Shown: positions 11,064-22,123, counted from the stretch's first letter. The stretch: DNA of 64,000 nucleotides from an uncultured Acidobacteriaceae bacterium (GCA_963720955.1 CAVRHK010000028.1:48333-112332), one strand, 5' to 3'. The notes: generated from the letters alone by a model not told the origin. Numbers and translations are program-made.

Positions 11064-12390
11064 TAAAGGGTTACAAAAAGGATTGAAAACCAGGGGGAGG
11101 GCATGGGCTCCGCCACACCTGTCGGAAGCCGTACAGAGTTGGTTTCGGTTGGGTTGCATCAGTTTTGGGGGGACGGCGGCACATATCGCCATCATGCATG
11201 CGGATTTTGTGGAGCACAAACGGTGGATCAGCAATGAAGATTTCTTTCATGCGCTGAGTCACTGCATGATTCTTCCCGGTCCGGAGGCCCAGCAACTTGC
11301 TATTTATATCGGCTGGAAACTGCACGGAATCAAAGGTGGCATCCTCGCCGGGACGCTGTTTGTTCTCCCGTCCATGTTTGTGCTGCTGGCTCTGAGCATC
11401 GTTTACGCCCGGTTTGGCAGCTTGCCTTGGATTACCGCGCTGTTCGGCGGTTTGAAACCTGCGGTCCTCGCTCTTCTCATACTCGCTTTGGTTCGGCTCG
11501 CAAGACGATCCCTGGTTGCACCGATCCAGTGGGTTGTTGCAGTCGGAGCTTTCGTAGCAATGATTTGGCTGCATGCTTCGATCCCATGGGTGATGCTTGC
11601 GGCCATCGCTATTGGTCTGGTGTTGGCAAGGTACCGTCCCAGCCTGGCAGCAACGACTCCCTCGATACCGGCCCGCCAAAGATCGAGGGCGAACGGCGTG
11701 GGGCGGAGGCAGGCGCTCCTGTCGTTTGTGAAAATCATCACGACGGGATTGCTGGTCTGGTTCACACCGTTGGTCGCTCTCTATGTTTTCGGCCGGGAGT
11801 TCGATTTTTGGAGGCAAGTCGCCTTATTCTTCACGCGAAGTGCCTTCGTTACAGTAGGGGGCTCCTACACGGTCATTCCATACGTTGCTCACGCTGCCGT
11901 GACGAAGTATCACTGGCTGAATCACTCTCAAATGCTTGATGGCTTTGCTTTAGCGGAGACAACCCCAGGACCGCTCATCATTGTCGTGGCCTTCGTCGGG
12001 TTCATGGCCGGGTTTCATCACTTCCACGGTTCGATCGTCATGGGAACCGTGGCCCTCCTCATCACGACGTTGTACACCTTTTTGCCCTGCTTCCTCTTCG
12101 TCTTCGCCAGTGCGCCTCTCGTCGAGAAGACGCAAAACAATAAGAGCGTGAAGGCTGTGCTAGAACTCATCATGGCAGTCGTAGTCGCCGCGATGATCGA
12201 TCTAGCCGTGTTTCTGGGCCGAGGTGTTCTGTTCCCCACAGCAACATACAGCCTCACTGGAGTCGATTGGATTGCCTTTGCTTGGGTTAGTGTGTCGCTT
12301 TTTTTACTTGGCACTTCCAGAACGAGTGTTGCCGGAGCAATCGGTTTGAGCCTCGGATTTGGAGTCGCACGCTGGTTGATTCACATATAG
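11059..12390 (+). CDS. chrA: Long-chain chromate efflux (CHR) transporter
   Basis: Two CHR halves: SFGG..AH / LPGPEAQQLAIYIGW and TVGGSY / ETTPGPLI. Confidence 0.9.
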   Translation: MSKGLQKGLKTRGRAWAPPHLSEAVQSWFRLGCISFGGTAAHIAIMHADFVEHKRWISNEDFFHALSHCMILPGPEAQQLAIYIGWKLHGIKGGILAGTLFVLPSMFVLLALSIVYARFGSLPWITALFGGLKPAVLALLILALVRLARRSLVAPIQWVVAVGAFVAMIWLHASIPWVMLAAIAIGLVLARYRPSLAATTPSIPARQRSRANGVGRRQALLSFVKIITTGLLVWFTPLVALYVFGREFDFWRQVALFFTRSAFVTVGGSYTVIPYVAHAAVTKYHWLNHSQMLDGFALAETTPGPLIIVVAFVGFMAGFHHFHGSIVMGTVALLITTLYTFLPCFLFVFASAPLVEKTQNNKSVKAVLELIMAVVVAAMIDLAVFLGRGVLFPTATYSLTGVDWIAFAWVSVSLFLLGTSRTSVAGAIGLSLGFGVARWLIHI

Positions 12391-12556
12391 CAGTGCACTT
12401 GTCGTGAGAAGATGCCTGAGAGCCAACCCGACTCGTTCCGAAAAACATCGAATTGGCAACGGCCTATCCCTGTGCTGAGCATTCCGTCGAGAGGTTGTCG
12501 GAGGACCAGTCACAGCTCGCGATTGTGGCTCGTCAGCCTTATAGGAGGGAAGATTA

Positions 12557-13438
12557 ATGGGACTGTCCTGGCAACAAGGTCCGCTCTCACCGGGAGCAAT
12601 TGGCCGGTTCCTCGTGCCGGAACCGCTGCCTAAGAGATTGTTATACGTCGAGCCATTACGCCGGCGCATGCGTGTACGCTTCGGCGGAGCCTGGATCGCC
12701 GATAGCGAAGACGTCCTCCTGCTTTTCGAACCCGGCCACTATCCGATGGCCTATTTCCCGGAGACCAGCATTTCTCCAGACACCCTGCAACGCAGCGAAC
12801 ATACCACCCGGCACCCCGATCTTGGACCCACCTCCTGGTATACCGTCCGGGCAGGCGAGAAGACCGCTCCGCGAGGGGCGTGGCAACACATCGACCTGCC
12901 CGTCTACGCAAGCGAGCTGCAGAACCGGATAGCGTTCGCCTGGCCAGCCATGGACGCTTTCTACGAGGAAGAGGAACGGATCGTGGGCCATGCGGCTGAC
13001 AGCTATCACCGTATCGACATCCGCCAGTCCTCCCGTAGATTGGTGGTCCGTCATCATGACCGCATCATCGTCGATACCAAGCGACCGGTAGTCCTCTACG
13101 AGTCCGGCTTCGCGCCACGTTGGTACGTTCCGCGCGCCGACGTCGATGAGTCTGCTCTGACCGCGGTGGAGCACCAGACCTTCTGTCCGTACAAAGGGCT
13201 GTGCAGCTATTACGATATCGGTGATGCACGTCTCGCAGCATGGTCGTATCCTGACGCCTATCCTCAGGTCGGTCGTATTTCGGGGATGATGTCGTTCGAG
13301 CCAGACATCGTTTCGGTACAGCTCGATGGCACCCAACTCCATCTTGAGCCGGGTCAAACAGTGATTCCCCACGGCCCAGATCGCGACCTCACTGTCGCCG
13401 AGGCGCTCCCGCTTGACAACGGCTCGGAGTCCCGCTAA
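12557..13438 (+). CDS. Tandem DUF427-domain protein
   Basis: Two repeats (LLFEPGHYPMAYFP; LYESGFAPRWYVP...TFCPYKG..SYY). Confidence 0.85.
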   Translation: MGLSWQQGPLSPGAIGRFLVPEPLPKRLLYVEPLRRRMRVRFGGAWIADSEDVLLLFEPGHYPMAYFPETSISPDTLQRSEHTTRHPDLGPTSWYTVRAGEKTAPRGAWQHIDLPVYASELQNRIAFAWPAMDAFYEEEERIVGHAADSYHRIDIRQSSRRLVVRHHDRIIVDTKRPVVLYESGFAPRWYVPRADVDESALTAVEHQTFCPYKGLCSYYDIGDARLAAWSYPDAYPQVGRISGMMSFEPDIVSVQLDGTQLHLEPGQTVIPHGPDRDLTVAEALPLDNGSESR

Positions 13439-13447
13439 AAGAGCGAC

Positions 13448-15199
13448 ATGGCTCGTCTACTATCGGTAAATGTTGGACTTCCACGCGACATCGAGTGGAA
13501 GGGCCGCACCGTGCACACCGCGATCTGGAAGGACCCAGTACCTGGTCGCTGTAGAGTTGGCCGGTTGAATCTGGACGGAGATGGTCAAGGTGACCTGGCT
13601 GGGCACGGGGGAGAGCAGCGTGCTGTCTTCGTCTACCAGATCGAATCGTATCGTTACTGGCAGGAGCAACTAGGGCGGTCCGACTTCATCCACGGACAAT
13701 TCGGAGAGAACTTCACCGTCGAAGGGTTACCCGACGATGCAGTGTGCATCGGCGACCGTTATCAGATCGGCAGCGCGCTGTTCGAGGTAACGCAACCCCG
13801 CGTTACCTGCTATCGCGTCGGCATTCGGATGAAGGAGCCCCGGATGCCGGCGTTGCTGACATCGAGCGGACGGCCTGGGTTCTACTTACGCGTGCTGCAG
13901 GAAGGCGAGGTCGGCCCCGGCGATGAAATCGTGAAGGTAGGAGAAGGGAAAGAGCGAATGACCGTTGCAGAGATCAACGCGCTCCTCTATTCGTCCGATC
14001 ATGCGCGCGATCGACTGGAGCACGCCTTGCAGATCGAAGCGCTTTCGCCTGGATGGCGCTCGTCGTTTGAGGCGTTACTGCAGAGCCCAATGAGCGGTAA
14101 TGCGGGGCTAGTGCCGGAAGCGGCTGCGCATCCGGCTTCACCAGGATTTCGGTCGCTTCGAGTGATGGCGATCGATCAGGAGTCCGCGGACGTCCTCTCG
14201 CTTACGATGCAGAGCCCGAACGGTCAGCCGCTGCCAACAGCGATGCCCGGCCAGTACGTGGTCGTGCGTCTTCAACCAGCCGCAGGTGGACCGCCGCTCT
14301 TTCGCAGCTACTCGCTTTCGGGTCCCGCCTCGACGGAGCGCTATCGAATCAGCGTGAAGATTGAACCGGATGGGGCGGCCGGAACTTACCTGCGGGAGCA
14401 TGTTCGGGTGGGCGACGCTCTCGACGTCAGTTCGCCGCGCGGAAGCTTCATTCTGCAGTCCGGAGAGCGGCCGGTGGTGCTGCTCAGCGCGGGAATCGGG
14501 GCGACGCCGGTTCTGGCGATGCTGTATGCGCTGGAAGCGGAGCGCTCGACACGGCAGGTCTTGTGGTTGTATGCAGCTCGCGATCGGGAGCATTACCCCT
14601 TCGCCGCTGAAGTTCACCGCCTCATGCTGGCGCTCACGCACGGCCGCAGCTACGTTTGTTACAGCAGGCCCGGCTCAGGCGACAAAATTGGCGAGGATTT
14701 TGACGCGATCGGTCACTTGTCGCGATCGGTCTTTGACGAGGCCGGCGTTCCACGAGATGCTGATGTCTACCTCTGCGGGCCAAATCGCTTCATGGCAGAC
14801 ATGAAAGAGGCCCTCACAACCTCGGGAGCCGCTCGGGAGCGAATTCACGTCGAAATCTTCAACGGCAGCGAGTCGATGACCCCTGGTATCGTCGGCGCAG
14901 CGACGCGAGCTCCGCATCTGCCCAAGGACGAGGCCAACACCGGTCCAATGGTATCGTTCGCGCGCAGCGGCATCGCCGCGCACTGGAGCGCGTCGGCCTA
15001 CCAGAGCATTTTGGAACTGGCCGAGGCGTGCGACGTCCCGGTTCGTTGGTCGTGCCGGACGGGTGTTTGCCACAGCTGTGAGAGCGGCTTGATTTCGGGG
15101 ACGGTCGTCTACGGACCCGAGCCACTTGACAAGCCCGCCGACGGCAACCTCCTCGTTTGCTGCTCGCAACCGGTTCACGACGTCGTCATTGATCTGTGA
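13448..15199 (+). CDS. MOSC (YiiM-type) + FAD/NAD-binding reductase + 2Fe-2S ferredoxin fusion
   Basis: GQFGENFT and QPRVTC (MOSC); RSYSLS and AGIGATP (FNR); CRTGVCHSC...C (Fer2). Confidence 0.92.
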   Translation: MARLLSVNVGLPRDIEWKGRTVHTAIWKDPVPGRCRVGRLNLDGDGQGDLAGHGGEQRAVFVYQIESYRYWQEQLGRSDFIHGQFGENFTVEGLPDDAVCIGDRYQIGSALFEVTQPRVTCYRVGIRMKEPRMPALLTSSGRPGFYLRVLQEGEVGPGDEIVKVGEGKERMTVAEINALLYSSDHARDRLEHALQIEALSPGWRSSFEALLQSPMSGNAGLVPEAAAHPASPGFRSLRVMAIDQESADVLSLTMQSPNGQPLPTAMPGQYVVVRLQPAAGGPPLFRSYSLSGPASTERYRISVKIEPDGAAGTYLREHVRVGDALDVSSPRGSFILQSGERPVVLLSAGIGATPVLAMLYALEAERSTRQVLWLYAARDREHYPFAAEVHRLMLALTHGRSYVCYSRPGSGDKIGEDFDAIGHLSRSVFDEAGVPRDADVYLCGPNRFMADMKEALTTSGAARERIHVEIFNGSESMTPGIVGAATRAPHLPKDEANTGPMVSFARSGIAAHWSASAYQSILELAEACDVPVRWSCRTGVCHSCESGLISGTVVYGPEPLDKPADGNLLVCCSQPVHDVVIDL

Positions 15200-15211
15200 G
15201 GCCCGTCGAGG

Positions 15212-15889
15212 TTACTTCGCGGTGGTTTGGATTCCACGCTTTCTTCTCTGGTACGCAGCCACCTTGAGCTTGTTACCACAGATATTCATGCTGCACCACC
15301 TACGTGAGCCTTTCTTGCTCGTGTCGAAGAAATGAAGGACACATGATTCGCATTTGCGAATGCGCGCCGACTCTGGTTCCGCGAGAAGATCTGCCGTGGC
15401 ATCGATGATCGGCGCCCAAAGGTCGGCGGGCAGGCGCGGCTCAAACAACGTCTCCTGAATCACCTTCCCGTCTCGCTTGTGAAGGGAAGTGCGACAAGGA
15501 TATTGAAGCAACAGAGAGTTTACTTCGGCCAGGAAAGCATCGGTCGGCGATGATCCGTTCTCCATCCGCACGACTGCCTCCCTCAATCTCTCTCTAAATG
15601 CAATGAGCTGATCCAGAAAGGTAGCCGCCTCAGGAGCTTGGCGCCAGCCCCGGACCGTAGCTTTAGCCTTTCGCGAGGCCACCATACCCGAAGCGATCAA
15701 CCACCTTTCAAGGGCGCGAACATCCGGAAGGAGCTCCGTCGGCCCATTTTCGAGAACAGGCTTTGTATTCAACAAATCCAGGATTGGCTTGTTCGCCACG
15801 AATAGAAACCCATCGATCCATTCGTTGACCTCTCGAGAAGCAATACGCATGAGTCCCTCTACCAGACATTGCGAAATAAATTTTAACAC
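15212..15889 (-). CDS. ABATE/CGNR zinc-finger regulator
   Basis: LDLLNT near the N-terminus; C-terminal CESC..FFDTSK...[12 protein letters not shown]. Confidence 0.88.
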   Translation of the reverse strand: MLKFISQCLVEGLMRIASREVNEWIDGFLFVANKPILDLLNTKPVLENGPTELLPDVRALERWLIASGMVASRKAKATVRGWRQAPEAATFLDQLIAFRERLREAVVRMENGSSPTDAFLAEVNSLLLQYPCRTSLHKRDGKVIQETLFEPRLPADLWAPIIDATADLLAEPESARIRKCESCVLHFFDTSKKGSRRWCSMNICGNKLKVAAYQRRKRGIQTTAK

Positions 15890-15969
15890 CTTTACTGCAT
15901 CTTTTATCGGTGTTGCGCAGTCTCACTTGGTGTAACGGGAACCTCATGCCACCAGGAAAGGAAATCACT

Positions 15970-16194
15970 ATGAAAACGTTTCAACACGCGACCGTTCGCG
16001 GGCTCAAGCTTTTCTATCGCGAAGCAGGTTCAAAATCTTCTCCAACCATCGTACTGCTCCACGGCTTCCCTAGTTCGTCGCATATGTTCCGCGACCTGAT
16101 CCCGCAGCTCGCGGGCAAGTTTCAGGTGATTGCTACGGATTATGTTGGTTTTGGCTGGCGCGCGAGCCTACTTGCGAGATATTCCAAAAGCTGA
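15970..16194 (+). pseudogene. Truncated 5' fragment of an epoxide-hydrolase-like alpha/beta hydrolase
   Basis: [34 protein letters not shown], after which similarity ends. I found no continuation in another frame. Confidence 0.8.
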
Positions 16195-16271
16195 GCTGCA
16201 CCTCCTCGATACCGGTCACTTTGCGCTTGAGGATTCGTGCGAATTCATTGCGCAGCAAATTGTAAAGTTCT

Positions 16272-17033
16272 TTGCCTGACACAGAAAGCATTCTTTTCGT
16301 GTCTTGCACTTTGAACCTACCTGAAAGGATGAGTACTATGCGTTTTTCAGAAAACGCCACAGTAGTAGTGGTCCACGGAGCGTGGGCTGATGGTTCGAGC
16401 TGGCAGCGAGTCGTGCGGCCTCTTGAGGACTGGGGCTTGAATGTGATCGCAGCGCCGATTCCCCTTACATCTCTAAGCGACGATGCAGCCGCTCTAAAGC
16501 GAACGATTGCACGAACTCAAGGTCCATTGATCGTCGCAGGGCATGCATACGCTGGTGCGGTCATTGCCACCGCGAACGAGGAGCGCGTGAAGGCTTTAGT
16601 TTATATCGCCGCTCTTGCTCCTGACGAAGGAGAGCAGGTCGCTCAGGTCTTTTACAAAGATGAAACCCATTCAAAGGCGCCGCAACTTGCGCCCGATGCC
16701 GACGGCTTTATCTGGATGCCGGATGAGGGGTTCGCAAATGCTTTCGCCCAGAATGCCACCGCCGAGCAGATTTCGTTATCCAAAGTTGTGCAGCGTCCGA
16801 TTTCGCTTAAATGCATTCAGGAACCGGCCCCTGCACCCGCGTGGAAATCAAAGCCAGCGTGGTATCTCGTCGCGGAAGAGGATCGAATGATCAATCCCAA
16901 AACGCAGCGCTTCATGGCAGAACGTATGAAGGCTACAGTGAGGTCGTTCGTAGTCGATCACACGCCGTTGCTCACCGCGCCAGACAAGGTTGTGGAGGTC
17001 ATCCTTGAAGCGGCCAAAGCAACGCTTTCGTAA
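16272..17033 (+). CDS. Alpha/beta hydrolase (Abhydrolase_6)
   Basis: [18 protein letters not shown] elbow, D (EEDRMI) and H (DHTP). Start probably at 16329 or 16338. Confidence 0.85.
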   Translation: MPDTESILFVSCTLNLPERMSTMRFSENATVVVVHGAWADGSSWQRVVRPLEDWGLNVIAAPIPLTSLSDDAAALKRTIARTQGPLIVAGHAYAGAVIATANEERVKALVYIAALAPDEGEQVAQVFYKDETHSKAPQLAPDADGFIWMPDEGFANAFAQNATAEQISLSKVVQRPISLKCIQEPAPAPAWKSKPAWYLVAEEDRMINPKTQRFMAERMKATVRSFVVDHTPLLTAPDKVVEVILEAAKATLS

Positions 17034-17070
17034 TACAGAACTTTGAATTTTCGAAAAAGGAGAAATTGTA

Positions 17071-18039
17071 ATGCGCGCCATCGTACTCGATCACTTCGGA
17101 GGTCTGGATAGTTTGGTGATTAAGGAAATTCCTGAACCAGAGCCGGAACCAGGCAAAGTTGTCATCCAGATCAAGGCATTTGGAATCAATCACGCCGAGA
17201 TGCATATGCGTCGCGGAGAATGGGCCGAAGCCGCACCAGTCAGCGGCATTGAATGTGTTGGCATCGTGAAGTCGTGTCCCGGCGGCGAGTTTGCTATCGG
17301 CAGCAAGGTCGCCGCCCTGATGGGCGGTCTCGGAAGAACCATCAATGGAAGCTACGCGGAGTACACGCGTGCGAACGTTAGCGGCGTGGTTCAGATCGAG
17401 TCTAACCTTCCCTGGGAGGAACTCGCAGCTCTTCCTGAGTCTTACGCAACTGCATGGACATGCCTCTTTCGCAATCTGGAGCTTGTGAAGGGTCAGACAC
17501 TGTTCCTCCGCGGCGCTACATCCTCGTTCGGCCTCGCCGCACTGAACCTGGCGGGGGAAGCCGGGGCCAAGGTGATTGCCACAACTCGGAGTCGAGATCG
17601 CTTCAAGAAGTTGGAGGATCTTGGCGCACATCGGGGAGTTGGAAGGACCGGAACTCTCGACTCGCATCGCTGAAGCTAAACAGATCGATGCAGTTCTCGA
17701 CCTCGTTGGCAACAGCACAATTCTCGATTCGCTTCGGATACTGCGTCGCGGCGGGCGAGCCTGTCTTGCCGGATGGCTCGGGGGACTGGCTCCCATCGCG
17801 GACTTTAATCCGTTATTGCAAATGCCAGCGGTGTCTATCTGACCTTTTTTGCCTCCTTCGTGTTTGGGACACCCGGCTTTCCTCTTTCGGATGTTCCGCT
17901 TGAGGAGATTGCGAGGAAGGTGGAGCAAGGCAAATTCCAGGCGAAGCCCTCGCGAGTATTTCGTTTCGAAGACATTCGAGAGGCGCATCGTGTGATGGAA
18001 GCTAACGAGGCGAATGGAAAGATGGTCGTGAAGCTCTAG
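17071..18039 (+). CDS. Quinone-reductase-type MDR oxidoreductase, two frameshifts (~17630, ~17830)
   Basis: GIECVG, NGSYAEY and RGATSSFG continue across three frames to ...EANGKMVVKL-TAG at 18039. Confidence 0.85.
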
Positions 18040-18068
18040 GGCCGTAACGCAAGCTACAGGGAGGAGCC

Positions 18069-18671
18069 ATGTCCACAAAGAAGACCCACCCCCGAACGGC
18101 TGGTGACATTTTCTGATGGGGTGTTTGCCGTCATCATCACCATCATGGTGCTGGATCTCAAGCCGCCAGCCGAGCCAACGCTGAAGGCACTCATCCCGCT
18201 ATGGCCTACTGCTCTTTAGCTACGCGATCAGCTATTTATTCGTAGCGATCATCTGGATGAACCATCATCACCTTTTTGAGATTTGCCCATGAGGCAACAC
18301 CTCAGCTCATTTGGTGGAACTTCGCCCATCTTTTTATGGTTTCACTTGTGCCGGCGACTACTGTATGGATGGCCGCAACCAAACTGGCTGCCGCACCCGT
18401 CTTTGTCTATGCGTTGGTTTTTGTCCTGGTAGAGGCAGCCTATATCGCTTTCGAACGAGCAGCGCTTTCACAGGCAAGTGACAGCGATATCACTCCTCCC
18501 CTGCTACGAATCGCGAGGATTCGATCCTATCCGGCATTCGGCATGTTCAGTGCCGCAACCGCCGTGTCGTATTGGTCGCCTCTGAGCGGGCTCATTCTGG
18601 TCTGTTGCGTCCTGCTCATTTATCTAAGCCCGCGAATACCTGATTTCCTTCATAAATCGCTGCGCTCATAA
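18069..18671 (+). CDS. TMEM175-family (DUF1211) potassium-channel-like membrane protein, frameshift near 18215
   Basis: GAGGAG RBS; ERLVTFSDGVFAVIITIMVL signature, then WMNHHHLL in the shifted frame. Confidence 0.85.
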
Positions 18672-18707
18672 CCAATCTGAACGACATCGCAGGAATGGAG
18701 AAACATC

Positions 18708-19139
18708 ATGAAGAATTGCGTCGCAATTGTGACCGGAGCTAGCCAGGGCATCGGACGTTCCACTACTATCCGTTTGGCTCGGGACTTCTCGGCCGTTGTG
18801 CTGGCGGCACGAAATGCGAAAAAGCTTGCCGAGGTTGCCACTGAGGTGCAGAAGATGGGAGCCGAACCGCTTACCCTTGCGCTCGACTTGAGTCAGGTTG
18901 AAGCATCTAACCTCGTCGTCAACACCACACTTGAGCGTTTCGGGCAAATCGACGCGCTGCTGAACATCGCTGGCGCCGTGCCACAGATCGATCTGTTCGA
19001 GATGACGGATGAACAGTGGAAAGCTGGCATGGAGTTCGACCGCCCACGATTGGAGTGTCGAAAAGCAAGCCAACCTAGGGTGCAGGGGAGGGAAGGCCCT
19101 TCCGCCTCTGAATGGGGAGTCCTGGCATTTACCCTCTAA
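18708..19139 (+). pseudogene. Truncated short-chain dehydrogenase/reductase
   Basis: TGASQGIG and IDALLNIAG are present. Similarity ends near 19035, before the YxxxK motif. Confidence 0.8.
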
Positions 19140-19443
19140 GCGAGATAGGAGGGGGCACACTTTTACCAAGAGAGGGGCTGCAAAACGCAACCAGCGGCTT
19201 AGAGGCTATGAAGTCCTTCCGGATCGCACGCAATACGCATCACACCTCGCCCCCTCTCTCGCCGATTTTGAGCAAGGAATGCCCGGAGCTGGCCGGCTAT
19301 TTGGATGTTTCGGAATTGGAATGAAACCATTGCGAGCCACCCGTGACTATATGGGCTGCCCTTGCTGACATAAGTGCCGTTTACTTCGTTGGCGGCGCTG
19401 GAGTTCGTTCGGCGTTAGAGTTCCACTGACCGTCCCACAATCA

Positions 19444-20388
19444 CTACGGTTTGGGTGGAACCTGGCGGTCGAGGGCGCCCGAATCAATCACTGCGCCCGT
19501 CCGCGACACCGTTTCAAAGTACAGTCGATCACCCGAGATCTCCATCAGCATGAAATCGCGATCCGTATCAAAACCGACATCATCAATATCGCGCTCTTTG
19601 TCACCTTCCTTGTGAAGATTGTGATATCTCAACTCGCCGGAGTTTCCGAGAACAAACAAGTATAGGCCACTCTGGGGCTTAAGCCGTTCATAGACGTGTT
19701 CGTGACCACTCAGTACAAGATTCACGTTGTATTTGAGAAAAAGAGGCATGAGCTGTTTTCTTAAGTCGAGGTCAGCCCCATGGTACTTTGCGCTAGTGAA
19801 CAGCGGATGGTGGAAAAAGCAGATCTTCCACTTAGCGGTTGAATTTCTCAGTTTGCCTTCGATCCAAGTGAGCTGTTGCGGGTCCATATAGTTGCTGTCG
19901 AGCGCAAAAAATTCCGCATCGCCCTTTTTGAAGCTGTAGTATCGTTCACCGCCCATGTTGTAGAGCTTGTAGTTTCGCTCAATGTCGGGATCGTCGTGAT
20001 TTCCCAGGGATGCATAGAATTTAACGTTGGCATCAAGCAGGGGCTTGTAAGGTTCTTCGAACTTCATTTGGAAATCCCTTGCATTGTGTCCGCCGTAAAT
20101 ATTGTCCCCATTCATCGTGACGAAGTCGTACTTCACAACCTTACGGAACCGCTCCATCTGATTGGCCACTTCAAATTCTGGTGGCTGACCAGTTCCGTTA
20201 TCACCGATCACAGCAAATCGTATCGATCCTTCCTTAAGCGGCAACGTCACCGGAGGCGCCGTATCTGCTGACGAGTTTGCAGCTTTCTGATCTCCGGTCA
20301 GCGAGGTCGCCATCACCAGTGCGAGGGCTAGTGCTGCAATAGGCAATGAATTGATGCTCAAGTGCGTTTTATCCTTATCGAAGAGCAT
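19444..20388 (-). CDS. Secreted calcineurin-like metallophosphoesterase (purple-acid-phosphatase-like)
   Basis: Signal-like N-terminus; GDNG, GDNIY, GNHD, HHP and GHEHVYER. Confidence 0.9.
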   Translation of the reverse strand: MLFDKDKTHLSINSLPIAALALALVMATSLTGDQKAANSSADTAPPVTLPLKEGSIRFAVIGDNGTGQPPEFEVANQMERFRKVVKYDFVTMNGDNIYGGHNARDFQMKFEEPYKPLLDANVKFYASLGNHDDPDIERNYKLYNMGGERYYSFKKGDAEFFALDSNYMDPQQLTWIEGKLRNSTAKWKICFFHHPLFTSAKYHGADLDLRKQLMPLFLKYNVNLVLSGHEHVYERLKPQSGLYLFVLGNSGELRYHNLHKEGDKERDIDDVGFDTDRDFMLMEISGDRLYFETVSRTGAVIDSGALDRQVPPKP

Positions 20389-20983
20389 TGGGGAGGTAGT
20401 CGGCCACGATGTTTGCTTCGGTATCCCTCAAAACCAGGGTGCTCCCGACCAGGCGGTATTCCAAACCCTTTGGCAATAGGGGCAAGTGCTGAAGCAAACT
20501 ACCCGGCGCCGATTGCAGCGGTTGGCCATGCAGATTTGGATAGTCGCCGTTTACCGAGATTTTCAGTGCCTCCGCGGCCACAACGGGTTCCGCATGTTGC
20601 AGGCTTTGTCTCAGCGTTGCGCCATCAGGCCCACTCATTGCATCAGCAAGCAACTTCCGAATGAGAGCTGCAATCGGCTGGGTGAAAACATCTCCTTGTT
20701 TTGCGATGGGTCGAGCCTCTCGAATAATCCTCTTTAATTCTTGTCGGCGCTTCTCTATGTCCTGAACGTCGGTGGTTCGTTTCAGGTGTGCGTCTGCAGG
20801 GGCATTGTGTTGGATAGCCAGATAAGCCTTCGCGGTACGCTGAAACTCGGCGACTGTTTGTCGTTCCTGGGCAGACATAGTCGCCTTAGCAGTCGGATCC
20901 GCTACCTGTCCCTTTCCAGTGGTTAACCCAACGATCGTGAGTGCAAGAACTGCAATACGCGATGTGAGACTAGTGCAATCCAT
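20375..20983 (-). CDS. Secreted hypothetical protein
   Basis: Signal peptide; C-terminal LPLLPKGLEYRLVGSTLVLRDTEANIVADYL. Overlaps the phosphoesterase start. Confidence 0.7.
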   Translation of the reverse strand: MDCTSLTSRIAVLALTIVGLTTGKGQVADPTAKATMSAQERQTVAEFQRTAKAYLAIQHNAPADAHLKRTTDVQDIEKRRQELKRIIREARPIAKQGDVFTQPIAALIRKLLADAMSGPDGATLRQSLQHAEPVVAAEALKISVNGDYPNLHGQPLQSAPGSLLQHLPLLPKGLEYRLVGSTLVLRDTEANIVADYLPNALR

Positions 20984-21016
20984 TTTTGCATCTCTTTCTC
21001 CAGCAGCGAGTACTCC

Positions 21017-22123
21017 CTAGGGTTTCGATCCAGCCGCGCCCTTTGAATGTGCCGCGTCGCCGCCGAGTTCTTTGATTGCATGAACAACTGCGTCATGAAC
21101 TTCTTCACGAAATGCTTCTCGTACATTGTCTACAATCTCCTTCGGCTCGAAAGCTAAGTCACTGTCGGAGTCCAGCACTTTGTCGAGAACCTGTTCCACT
21201 TTCGTATCGACATTAATGCGTTTGGCAACAACTTTCGCAACCTTATTCGCGGGCGCATCGAGCACGGATAATGTCGATACAATGGCAGGCGCTGCGCTAC
21301 GCCAATCTTTGTCGAAGACGGATATCATCCGTTTCACAACGTGCTGATCGGAAAAAATGATCCCGATTTCGCGGCGCACCTCGAGTTCAACTTTGCGTAA
21401 ACTTTGACTTCCAAGAAATGCTGATTTTCTATCGCGAATGATCGCGCGGGCGTGCAGGCGGATTGGCAGTTTTCTTGTCGATAGCGAATTCCCTCGCGCA
21501 GACGTCTGCCCAATGACTCGAACGTCCACACCCTGAGAAATCTTTTCATTCAATAACTTCAAAAACTCGCGATCACTAATCTTCATTTCATACATCAATA
21601 GCTGCTTCTTCGCGCCAGAGATAAATTTCACTAACTCCTTTCGCGCGTTGACTGGACTAACAACTAAATCATTACAGCCCGCGCTATAAGGTACCCTTTT
21701 CACGTCACAATCGAAAAGCTTGATCGCTTCCTTTACAACCTTGCGCTCAGTAGTGCTGACTCCAAACGAACGGCTTAGCTGAACATCTAAATGGCTATAG
21801 TTGAATGCCAAAATGTAGAGCTCTTTTCCGTCGATGATCAGCATCTTGCCGTGGTAGCGAACTAGATCAGCCGCGGTGCGGGTAACGGTTATCCCCTTTT
21901 CCAGAAGCCTCATCTCAAAACGTCGAAGGTTCTTCTCGCCGCCACGGTTTGTAAAGGCAATCAGGGCCTGCACCGATACCCCGCGCTCCACCGCATCCAT
22001 GAGTGCTTTTTCTATTTCGCTGCGGTCGATACGAAAGATCAAAATGCGGATGCTTTTCTTCGCCGCAGCTATTGCTTGCAGGAGTGGTTCAATGCCATCG
22101 TCGGGTTGAATAAATAGTTTCAC
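21017..22123 (-). CDS. Phospholipase D superfamily protein (two HKD-like motifs)
   Basis: HGKMLIID (canonical) and HARAIIRD..AFLGSQS (K>R variant); VFDKDW. Confidence 0.85.
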   Translation of the reverse strand: MKLFIQPDDGIEPLLQAIAAAKKSIRILIFRIDRSEIEKALMDAVERGVSVQALIAFTNRGGEKNLRRFEMRLLEKGITVTRTAADLVRYHGKMLIIDGKELYILAFNYSHLDVQLSRSFGVSTTERKVVKEAIKLFDCDVKRVPYSAGCNDLVVSPVNARKELVKFISGAKKQLLMYEMKISDREFLKLLNEKISQGVDVRVIGQTSARGNSLSTRKLPIRLHARAIIRDRKSAFLGSQSLRKVELEVRREIGIIFSDQHVVKRMISVFDKDWRSAAPAIVSTLSVLDAPANKVAKVVAKRINVDTKVEQVLDKVLDSDSDLAFEPKEIVDNVREAFREEVHDAVVHAIKELGGDAAHSKGAAGSKP

